Under the pieces are notes generated by a model. That model did no database searches and was not told where the DNA came from. It was given only the letters and a program-made list of their open reading frames with translations. Positions 9,800 through 17,661 of a stretch of DNA of 61,325 nucleotides are shown one piece after another; the first letter of the stretch is position 1; every line of letters starts with the position of its first letter. The position numbers were made by a program, and so were the translations under genes. The stretch comes from an uncultured Hyphomicrobiales bacterium (lineage in GTDB: Bacteria > Bacteroidota > Ignavibacteria > Kapaibacteriales > UBA2268): assembly GCA_964610885.1 (NCBI GenBank), contig CAZSWR010000006.1:1-61325 (forward strand), written 5' to 3'.

Positions 9800-9819
9800 A
9801 CCCACACAAAACATCATAG
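9800..9819. repeat. Solo copy of the family-T terminal motif (ACCCACACAAAACATCATAG)
   Basis: Matches the termini of the ~400-bp elements at 18959-19346 and 60292-60698 (CAACCCACACA..TCATAG). Confidence 0.5.
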
Positions 9820-9831
9820 AACATAATCTGC

Positions 9832-10593
9832 TTATTTCTTTCGATAATACTTGGTCATGTACTGTTGGATATAATACGAGGCAGCATCCAATTTGCCCAT
9901 TGCAACGAACTTTAGTATTTCCACAGTGAGCAGCACTGGTTTGTTGATAATCGTGGCAACGGAGAAGCCAATAATCACAACTGCCAAGGTGATAATAATC
10001 GAATACAGAGCGACGAGTAGGCTGAACTGGCTAACTTTAGCATCAATATCATCGATATATACACCTGTTGCGGGCGTCCATCCCCACGGAGCGAATACTT
10101 TCCCAAAGGACTTCTTGGGGAAGTGCGAGTCGAGGTCGTGCGGTTTGTTCCAGGTGTAATCGATAAAAGCTTCGTTCTGGGACTTTACCATTCTGCCAAG
10201 TTCGGCCATAATTGGGAAACCCGTAACGTCTTTGACGGCTGAAAGCGGTTCGCCAATTAATTCTTTCTTCGGATGGACCACAACAGCTTCGGCCGATTGA
10301 ACCCACAAATAGTTATCATTATCGTATTTGATCGAGGCAATAACGGCGGCTGCAGTCTTCTTGGCCGAATCGAGCGGAAGCGCCCCTTTCTTCGCCAATT
10401 CGTTGTATTCGTTCATAATCGACAGGGCAATATCGACTTGGTTTTTGAGCTGGCTTTGTTTTTCTTCGACGAGGTTCGCCCGGACGTTTGGTACGACGAT
10501 AGAAAAAATAAACAGCAAGAAAAGCATAGCCGTTGCGACAACTACAAGGTTAATTTTCGTAACCAATTTGAAATCTTTGAATTTCTTTATCAT
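9832..10593 (-). CDS. Membrane-anchored single-Cache (sCache_2-like) sensor protein without an output domain
   Basis: 253 aa. TM1, then a periplasmic domain (NYLWVQS...VVHP..ELIGEP...DYTWNKP...FAPWGWTPATGVYIDDI), TM2, then only ~35 aa (INKPV... half-HAMP). Paralogue of the upstream gene. Confidence 0.8.
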   Translation of the reverse strand: MIKKFKDFKLVTKINLVVVATAMLFLLFIFSIVVPNVRANLVEEKQSQLKNQVDIALSIMNEYNELAKKGALPLDSAKKTAAAVIASIKYDNDNYLWVQSAEAVVVHPKKELIGEPLSAVKDVTGFPIMAELGRMVKSQNEAFIDYTWNKPHDLDSHFPKKSFGKVFAPWGWTPATGVYIDDIDAKVSQFSLLVALYSIIITLAVVIIGFSVATIINKPVLLTVEILKFVAMGKLDAASYYIQQYMTKYYRKK

Positions 10594-10607
10594 GGCTATT
10601 TCTCCTG

Positions 10608-11390
10608 CTATTTAGTATTTTTTAAGTAATTATCGAGGACAGCAGACGAGTTATTGACGTCGCCCCCAGCTATATTCATCATTGCCGAAATTGCAAGGTT
10701 AATTGGTTTGGTAATAACCCTGACGGCCCAAAAGTTAATGAGTATTGACAGCGCTACGATAATAATCGAACTAATGATAATCATTTGCGTTACCGACGAG
10801 ATTTTGCTATCAATATCATCGACATAGATGCCGGTGGATATGGACCAGTCCCAAGGTTCGAAATACTGGCTGTATGAAATCTTCGGTGCGAGCTTGTTGT
10901 CATCTCCCTTCGTCCAAACGTAGTTTTGGAAGCTATAGCCTTTCGACCGGGCCTCGCGGATCAGCGTCGTAACGAAGTCTTTGCCTTTGTTGTCCTTCAC
11001 TTCGGAGTTTCCTTTGCCAACCAGTTCGGGTTTCAGCGGATGGACAAGGAAGGTCTCGGGGCCGTTGACCCAGAAGTAGTTGTCTTTGTCGTATCGTATA
11101 TTGTTAATCCTGCTGATTGCTTCCTTTTTTGCGCTATCGGCATCGATAGTGCCTCTGAGTATGGCTGTGTTGTAGCCGTTTACCATTGTGATAATGGATT
11201 CGACTTGGTTGCGAAGTTGGGCATGTTTTTCTTCCTCCAATTTCTCGCGGATCATCGGGATGATGATAATGAAAATGAAGAGAGTAAACAAGAGAATTGT
11301 CAGAAGAGTAAGCATGTTAATCTTCGTCGCCAATTTAAGTTTGTTGAAGCTCCAGTGCATACAACCCTCCCTGAATATTGATTGGTTCAT
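10608..11390 (-). CDS. Membrane-anchored single-Cache (sCache_2-like) sensor protein without an output domain (paralogue)
   Basis: 260 aa with the same architecture (NYFWVNG...LVHP..ELVGKG...NYVWTKG...FEPWDWSISTGIYVDDI, TM2, ITKPINLAISAMMNIAGGD, stop). Comparison with the paralogue suggests an alternative start at 11360 (MHWSFNKLKL). Confidence 0.8.
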   Translation of the reverse strand: MNQSIFREGCMHWSFNKLKLATKINMLTLLTILLFTLFIFIIIIPMIREKLEEEKHAQLRNQVESIITMVNGYNTAILRGTIDADSAKKEAISRINNIRYDKDNYFWVNGPETFLVHPLKPELVGKGNSEVKDNKGKDFVTTLIREARSKGYSFQNYVWTKGDDNKLAPKISYSQYFEPWDWSISTGIYVDDIDSKISSVTQMIIISSIIIVALSILINFWAVRVITKPINLAISAMMNIAGGDVNNSSAVLDNYLKNTK

Positions 11391-11461
11391 TGTAAGTTAT
11401 GAAGAAGAACTAAACAGATAAACACTTCAAAAAAAAATATATTGTTTTTTGAAAAAAAAAC

Positions 11462-11490
11462 TTGACATTAGCAAATGAATGTCGTATATT
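11462..11490 (+). promoter_or_regulatory. Sigma-70-type promoter with an embedded operator-like palindrome
   Basis: TTGACA (11462-11467), a 17-nt spacer, then TATATT (11485-11490). The spacer contains the inverted repeat GACATT-n8-AATGTC (11464-11483). It lies ~180 nt upstream of the HTH gene. Confidence 0.55.
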
Positions 11491-11667
11491 TGAATCGCCG
11501 TAAGTGGTTGAAATATTTGAAATTATAACGAATCAAATTTTAACACAAGAGTTAATTTTATTTTGAGAATATTATCACATTTGTTAAGATATTCGTAATA
11601 TTTACAGTAAATGATATTAATTTAGCGGCACAAGCATTTTAAATTAGCACAATTGATAAGAACAAAG

Positions 11668-12324
11668 ATGACATTAGGACAGAGAATATTGCATTTTATC
11701 GACGTTTGCTACGGCACGCAGAAGCGTTTCGCCGAGGAGACAGGGATTGGCGCTATTCAATTGAACAGGTATATCAACGACAAGACATCGCCGGGCATCG
11801 AAGCGCTCATACGTTTCAAGGACTCGGGTATGTCCATCGATTGGTTGGTAGAGGGCGAAGGCTCTATGTTTGCTAACAACCACAAGGGCCGAGCGCTACA
11901 GGTACAGCAGGGAAACTTGCAAAGGGGTGACAAAGTTACCCCTTACGACAGAATACGAATTTGGATCACCGAGCACTTTGAGACTTTAGAAAACTACACT
12001 GTATGCCTTAATGCAGATTTCAACGAGCTATACAATGTCTTGTTCAACGGAATGATTTCCGACCCATCGATGCTTCAGGACCTGAAGAAAGCCGGATGCA
12101 ACATCTCTTGGCTTTCGACGGGCAGCGGCTCGAAATATGCCGACAATATGGCCGGGCTTATTCTGAAAGCTAAATTCGAGGGAATTGCCCCCACGAGCGA
12201 AGAAGGCAAAATGCTCCGAGAGAAAATTTTCCATTACTTCGAGTCGCAACCGTCGAACTCGGTTATCAATATCATGAAAGACTTCTTGAAGAATGAAAAC
12301 AAAAACGAGGGCGAAGAATCATGA
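11668..12324 (+). CDS. Tandem phage-CI-like HTH DNA-binding protein
   Basis: GQRILHFIDVCYGTQKRFAEETGIGAIQLNRYIND...SIDWLVEGEGS is a CI-repressor-type HTH. A degenerate second copy ends in ISWLSTGSGS. First ATG at 11668 (the ORF track starts at TTG 11653). The stop overlaps the next start (ATGA). Confidence 0.7.
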   Translation: MTLGQRILHFIDVCYGTQKRFAEETGIGAIQLNRYINDKTSPGIEALIRFKDSGMSIDWLVEGEGSMFANNHKGRALQVQQGNLQRGDKVTPYDRIRIWITEHFETLENYTVCLNADFNELYNVLFNGMISDPSMLQDLKKAGCNISWLSTGSGSKYADNMAGLILKAKFEGIAPTSEEGKMLREKIFHYFESQPSNSVINIMKDFLKNENKNEGEES

Positions 12325-13898
12325 AAAAGCTTCTCTTATATTTATTCTCATTGGTTGCACTCGTTTCGTGCGACATGAGCGCAGCCAAAAGCCCCGAAAC
12401 GTTTCTTATGAACCAAGACGACGCGAATAAGAACCCCGTGATCGACGCGCTTCTTAAACAGTCATCCCAATTGTGGCAGACCGAACCCTTGCAATCGATT
12501 GATTTCGCTAAGCAAGCTCTCGACGCCGCAACAACTGCCAAAAGCGACTTCTATCGAGCGACCGCGTGGGTCTATGTCGGCACCGGATACTTCTACTTAA
12601 AAAACTACGACGAGGCCGACAACTCATACCATCAGGCGTTTGATTTGTTCAAACAAATAAAAAACGATGAAGGATGCGTCCGAGTGCTAAGGAACCTTGT
12701 TGTCATTGCCGACTTTAAGGGCCTTCAGAAGGAAAGAGTTAGATTAATTAACCAAATGACTGAAATCGCCGAGTTTTCTTCTACTGAAACCGTTAAACTC
12801 ATTGCCAATAATGCCCTCGGCAACCTGTACTACGATATTGGTGATTTGCCCAAAGCATACGAATACCACCTCTTGGCCTCCCAATACCACGGCGACAATA
12901 CAATAATGATATGCTCACTAAATGACCTCGGCAATGTCTATACAGATATGGGGAAATACGATGAAGCAATCGGATGCTACGAACGGATAATCAATACAAA
13001 TATTTCGGAGTTCCTTCCAATCTCCAGAGCCAATGCTCTATCAAACCTTGGCGATGTCTATAACATGATGGGGAACTATCCGAAAGCTATTCAAACACTG
13101 AACCAAGCCATCGGATTGCTCAAAGAATTCAACGACATGCAAGGACTAATCTATGCCTATACGTATCTCGGCGATGCCCTGATCGAATCGGGCAACTATG
13201 CAGCAACTGAAGCAGCCTACAACGAAGCCTACAGCTATTCCAAGCTTTGCAATGATTCAACCAGCATCGTATTCTCCGAAATGAAGCTATCCGAAGTATC
13301 CTTAGCCAAGAAAGACTATAAAACAGCACTCCGATACCTCGAAGTCCCCAAAGAGTATTTCCTCAAAGAAGGAATAAATAGACAATTGCTTACCGTATAT
13401 GAGCTTTACTCTGAAATATATTCAAAAATGGGGAAAAACACCGAAGCGCTCGCGTACTATAAACTTTTCAATAATTTGAGTCGCAAAGTCGCTGACGAAA
13501 CACTTCGGCACTCGCTGGACGTGGCCGAACAAAAAGTCGAAGCTGAAAAAGAAATGCAAGACGCACGAATGGAAAAGGAGATCCAAAAGGCTAACTACAG
13601 CCAAATGAGAAATCTGTTCATTTCATTACTCGTTTTCACGGCAATAATTGCATTTGCCGGATTCAAATACCGCTCGCTTAGTAAACAACTCAGAGCCAGA
13701 AACAGAGAACTTGCCAAGCTCAACGAGAAACAAAAAATCGTTTACGACACGCTCGTCGACGACCTCAAGGCTTCGCTCTTCCAATTGACTTACCAAATTG
13801 CTCAATTGGAAAACCAAGAACTCTACGATTCACTTACTAATTCCTATCGCGAATTCTCTGCAAAATATAATGAATTGTTGCAGGACGTTAATAACTAA
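12321..13898 (+). CDS. TPR-repeat lipoprotein with C-terminal TM helix and coiled-coil tail
   Basis: 525 aa. Lipobox LVALVSC. Repeated TPR-like A..Y......G.Y..A units. TM LFISLLVFTAIIAFAGF near residue 455, then a heptad-rich tail. No recognisable output domain. Confidence 0.75.
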   Translation: MKKLLLYLFSLVALVSCDMSAAKSPETFLMNQDDANKNPVIDALLKQSSQLWQTEPLQSIDFAKQALDAATTAKSDFYRATAWVYVGTGYFYLKNYDEADNSYHQAFDLFKQIKNDEGCVRVLRNLVVIADFKGLQKERVRLINQMTEIAEFSSTETVKLIANNALGNLYYDIGDLPKAYEYHLLASQYHGDNTIMICSLNDLGNVYTDMGKYDEAIGCYERIINTNISEFLPISRANALSNLGDVYNMMGNYPKAIQTLNQAIGLLKEFNDMQGLIYAYTYLGDALIESGNYAATEAAYNEAYSYSKLCNDSTSIVFSEMKLSEVSLAKKDYKTALRYLEVPKEYFLKEGINRQLLTVYELYSEIYSKMGKNTEALAYYKLFNNLSRKVADETLRHSLDVAEQKVEAEKEMQDARMEKEIQKANYSQMRNLFISLLVFTAIIAFAGFKYRSLSKQLRARNRELAKLNEKQKIVYDTLVDDLKASLFQLTYQIAQLENQELYDSLTNSYREFSAKYNELLQDVNN

Positions 13899-13913
13899 CT
13901 TTTTGGAGGTAAT

Positions 13914-14165
13914 GTGGCTGAATATCCGACTAACTTTACTTACAGCAGTGGTACACTAAGCTGGACAAATGCTCCCGATTCCGATTGGGTCGAAGTGGCT
14001 TTTACTCCTCGTGGCGTTGAAAATTGGCAAATTTGCTACTCTGGCGACGTGAAATCGTGTTGCCCATTCTCCCACCCCACTGGCGATTATTCAGTCAAAG
14101 GGAGACGAAGAAAAAAAGGCGGGACTCCGGGCGGTTACGGCCCCGACGAACCTATCCATGTTTAA
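13914..14165 (+). CDS. Hypothetical small protein (beta-rich N-terminus, basic Gly-rich tail)
   Basis: GTG start preceded by GGAGG (13904-13908). 83 aa. Same strand as, and 15 bp after, the TPR gene. Confidence 0.5.
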   Translation: MAEYPTNFTYSSGTLSWTNAPDSDWVEVAFTPRGVENWQICYSGDVKSCCPFSHPTGDYSVKGRRRKKGGTPGGYGPDEPIHV

Positions 14166-14239
14166 AATCTAATCCTCGGAGGGTGCAAACCCTCCAAGGA
14201 AAATACTGAAAAAATAAACTTTTATATACAGGAGTTGTC

Positions 14240-14521
14240 ATGAATTTGAAGCGTTTATTCAAAGAACTCTATTTCGACAGATTCGCAAGCGAATCGACTT
14301 CCAATCCAGAAATCATTAACGTTGATTGGGAGAATATAATATTCTACACCGAGCAACCTAAGCTCAATACAATCAACATGGTTGTGTATTTCAAACATGT
14401 TAACCGGCCCACTTGGAACCGTGCGAATATTGTTATAAATACCAACAAGTTCAGGATCGAAGAAATGGAGTTCTTCCCCGGAGACGTCAGCAGCTTAATT
14501 ACTTCAGCTCCCGCGGTTTAG
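14240..14521 (+). CDS. Hypothetical protein
   Basis: ATG preceded by AGGAG (14229-14233). 93 aa with no recognisable motif. Confidence 0.5.
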   Translation: MNLKRLFKELYFDRFASESTSNPEIINVDWENIIFYTEQPKLNTINMVVYFKHVNRPTWNRANIVINTNKFRIEEMEFFPGDVSSLITSAPAV

Positions 14522-15049
14522 GAAAGCAATTTCCGAATGAATCTTGCCATTCATATAAATCTCGGGAGCCACGACCTCGGTCGTAACGAACCGCACCGCA
14601 ACGCCGGATTCCTCAAGCATTGCAAGAGTTCTTTTATATGATTCGTCCCAGTTGCCATTGGAATGGCTGTCATAGAAATCTTGACCATTTCTATGAATTA
14701 TGACTTCGCTGATGCCGGTCTGGATGATTGCCCTCGCACAATCGGTGCAGGGCATCCACGGCACGTATAGCTTGCAGCCCTTCAATATTGTCCCACGCCG
14801 GGCTGCATTGTAAATTGCATTTCTCTCGGCGTGTTCCACCCAGTAATACTTCTCGCCACCCTCGCGGCTCAACCGAGCACCACCCTCGCCGCTTTCAATT
14901 CCTCGCGGAAGCGAATTGTAGCCGGTCGATACCAATACATTGTCCGAATCGACAATTACCGATCCCACATGCGTATGCTCGTCCAGGCTACGCATTCCGA
15001 CTAAATAGCATAATGTTATATATAACTGGTCCCAATCTGGTCTTTTCAC
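14504..15049 (-). CDS. dCMP deaminase (ComEB/CDA-fold zinc deaminase)
   Basis: HAERNAI and PCTDCARAI zinc-binding motifs. 181 aa. The 3' end overlaps the convergent ORF by 18 bp. Confidence 0.85.
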   Translation of the reverse strand: MKRPDWDQLYITLCYLVGMRSLDEHTHVGSVIVDSDNVLVSTGYNSLPRGIESGEGGARLSREGGEKYYWVEHAERNAIYNAARRGTILKGCKLYVPWMPCTDCARAIIQTGISEVIIHRNGQDFYDSHSNGNWDESYKRTLAMLEESGVAVRFVTTEVVAPEIYMNGKIHSEIAFLNRGS

Positions 15050-15181
15050 TCTTCATCCTTTCAAATAGTTGCAAACTGCAAATATTCCAAATCCAAAATC
15101 ATACCAAGATTATTAACCGCCCACGAAACAATCCCTTACCGATACGATTGGGATGTGTGTCCTATGTTTTCATTGTTTCAT

Positions 15182-15225
15182 TTGGGGTTCGATTTGTTGT
15201 GGTAGGGGTTCAATATTTTGAGCCC
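15182..15225. repeat. Family P palindromic repeat, degenerate copy
   Basis: TTGGGGTTCGATTTGTTGTG followed by GTAGGGGTTCAATATTTTGAGCCC. Confidence 0.75.
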
Positions 15226-15267
15226 TTTTTTAACCTCATTATGTGATGATGATGCATTTCTCTTTTA

Positions 15268-15294
15268 TTGGGGTTCAATATTTTGAACCCCTAC
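15268..15294. repeat. Family P palindromic repeat
   Basis: TTGGGGTTCAATATTTTGAACCCCTAC. The minus-strand flank reads ...AVVHVHGVPYPQ...VGVQNIEP, which resembles the relic at 9565-9735. Confidence 0.75.
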
Positions 15295-15396
15295 CTGGCC
15301 GGTTCTATTGTGGAGAATATTTATGAATGTTTGGGGGTACGGCACGCCGTGCACATGCACAACGGCAGAGAATTCTGCTAAAGATTTCTTCTTTCT

Positions 15397-15477
15397 AACC
15401 CTTCCGAAGGTTTCATAAAATACGTTATGAGAATAGATCAAGATCCAGTGGCATTATACTTCGGAAGGGTTCTGCAT
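15397..15477 (+). repeat. Interspersed repeat family F
   Basis: AACCCTTCCGAAGGTTT ... ACTTCGGAAGGGTTCTGCAT. Aligns with the reverse complement of 4226-4302. Confidence 0.7.
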
Positions 15478-15633
15478 TCAAGTGCTTTGTTACCCACAGA
15501 AAAAATCATAGAGCCATAATTATTCTATCGAGATCTTCTTTGAGCCAAGATTTCTTGATTATATTTCGGTTTATTTAAGTAGTTTTGTAATAATTAAACT
15601 TATATCAATCAGTTCATTCTAATAGGCAATCCC

Positions 15634-17646
15634 ATGAAAAAAATCCTTGTCCTCATTCTGTTTTTTGTATCCTTTTCTGCCTTACACTCCGCCGACAACA
15701 AATGGCAACGCCCACTCCACAAAACTCAAGTCGAAAACATGGCCGCCGTCGGCGGAAACATTGTCGTGGGTTGCGATGACGACCTTTTCGTATCCGTGGA
15801 TGGCGGAGCCAATTGGACGAACAATACGAATGGTATCCTTTCGTACACAGATTATATTTATACATCCGGGGAAAACCTCGTTGCATATAGCGTAAATGGT
15901 ATTGCAGTCTCGAAGGACAAAGGCTGGACCTGGAACACAAAATTCGAGGGCTATTGCCTGTCGCTTATTGCATTTGGCGATACACTAATCTCCCAAACCG
16001 GAACCCAGTCCACGGGCAAGGCTCTACTCAGGTCCACAGATAATGGCGTCCATTGGTACAGCATCCCGGTCGAAATCGAACCGAGCGGCGTCCTGACGAA
16101 AGCCATACGCACGCATAATGGAATCCTATCAGGCTCATCGGCGGGGCTGACACGTACCACAGACGGCGGGATTACTTGGTGGAACGAAGCAAAACCTTTC
16201 TCGGGGGAAGTTTTTGAATTGAAAAAAGCCGGTCAAGTCGTGATGGCAATTACCAGCGATGGGGTATATCGGTCTACAGATGACGGAGACTCGTGGATCG
16301 CAACCCCCTGCAATATTAACAAATCCCAATTCGAATCTTTTGTCGGTGGCACAGCCTGCGGGAACAAATTCTATGCTTGCACCTATAATAATGTTTTTTG
16401 TTCTGAGGATGGAGGTTTGGTTTGGACACAAATCAATAACTCAGTCTGCGCTGCGATAAAAATCTTTTCCTTTGGCGAAAAAGTATTTCTATGCACATTC
16501 CTCGGCCTTTATGAAATCGACACTAAAAGCAATGATATAAAACTAGTCAGTTCCGGCTTGACTGAATTAAACGTTTTAACTCTGGTCTCGACGCCCCGCC
16601 GCACGATTGCCTTCACTGCCGAAAAAATGTTCTGCACAACAAACAGCGGGCGCAATTGGGCCGAAATGCCTGGCGAGTCCACTGTAAAATATATTTCTAA
16701 GACAGTTAGCAATGGAGAAACTATTATAGCCGCCAGCTACGACGGCCACGCCTACCGCTCGGAAAACTCAGGCGACACGTGGACGGAAATAATACCTTGG
16801 GTCGGCTACACCTACGTTTCGATCAAAGACCTTACGACTAATGGTGATTACACATACATAACAGCCAACGGTAATGTGTATTATTCCACCGATTGGGGCG
16901 TTACTTGGCACCAGATGATCAATCAAATCGACGAATTCATTTCGCCAATAAAGGCAACAGGCCGAGGCGGCGAGTTCGTGGTGATCGATAACTATAACGA
17001 CCTGCGCTACTCTTCGGATTTCGGCAGTACTTGGTCGATGCGCACCGCTTGGGGTACTGATAATCCGGGCATTGTCAGGGCATTCGGTAGCGAACTGATA
17101 ATCGGTAAATATAATGGTATATTGAATATGTCGGCGGATTTCGGCACTGAATGGAAAGAATCCGATTGCAAAGTGTCTTTTACTATAGACCAATCCCAAG
17201 GAATCGAAAAAATTGATAATACCATCTACGCCTTTTCTTATACGGGTGGGCTGATGAATTCAACAAATTTCGGCGATAGTTGGCAAAAGGATATGAATGG
17301 CGTTAAACAAAACTCGGTAAGATGTTTTTCATACGATGGTACGACTGCATACCTCGGCACCGGCACCGGCGGCGTTTACTGCACGAATTTCGGAAATGTG
17401 GGCGCTTATGAACCTATTGCAACAAGAGATGAATTATCAATTACGCCAAACCCAGCAAGCGATGCAATCAGAATCCAAGCGAATATGATTGGGGCGAAAG
17501 GTTCGATCATCAACGCGGTTGGCGAAACTGTCGCAGTTTTCGTTACATCACCAGGCTCGGAGACTCGCGTGGATGTTTCATCGCTCGCCCCGGGTGTCTA
17601 TTTCGTTGTTTCGGGCGGCAATGCTGTTAAATTTGTTAAATATTGA
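15634..17646 (+). CDS. BNR/Asp-box repeat beta-propeller protein with T9SS C-terminal sorting domain
   Basis: Signal peptide. At least 10 S/T-x-D-x-G-x-(T/S)-W boxes (SVDGGANW, STDNGVHW, TTDGGITW, STDDGDSW...). C-terminus ITPNPASDAIRIQ...LAPGVYFVV is typical of Por_Secre_tail. Confidence 0.85.
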   Translation: MKKILVLILFFVSFSALHSADNKWQRPLHKTQVENMAAVGGNIVVGCDDDLFVSVDGGANWTNNTNGILSYTDYIYTSGENLVAYSVNGIAVSKDKGWTWNTKFEGYCLSLIAFGDTLISQTGTQSTGKALLRSTDNGVHWYSIPVEIEPSGVLTKAIRTHNGILSGSSAGLTRTTDGGITWWNEAKPFSGEVFELKKAGQVVMAITSDGVYRSTDDGDSWIATPCNINKSQFESFVGGTACGNKFYACTYNNVFCSEDGGLVWTQINNSVCAAIKIFSFGEKVFLCTFLGLYEIDTKSNDIKLVSSGLTELNVLTLVSTPRRTIAFTAEKMFCTTNSGRNWAEMPGESTVKYISKTVSNGETIIAASYDGHAYRSENSGDTWTEIIPWVGYTYVSIKDLTTNGDYTYITANGNVYYSTDWGVTWHQMINQIDEFISPIKATGRGGEFVVIDNYNDLRYSSDFGSTWSMRTAWGTDNPGIVRAFGSELIIGKYNGILNMSADFGTEWKESDCKVSFTIDQSQGIEKIDNTIYAFSYTGGLMNSTNFGDSWQKDMNGVKQNSVRCFSYDGTTAYLGTGTGGVYCTNFGNVGAYEPIATRDELSITPNPASDAIRIQANMIGAKGSIINAVGETVAVFVTSPGSETRVDVSSLAPGVYFVVSGGNAVKFVKY

Positions 17647-17661
17647 TTCATCCAATAATAC

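Noticed and set aside
14504-15049. dCMP deaminase as a nucleotide-depletion antiphage defence gene next to the CI-like cassette.
   Set aside because: Its size and motifs are those of the ordinary ComEB/Dcd-type housekeeping enzyme. It is convergent to, not co-transcribed with, the cassette. No other defence-type genes are nearby.
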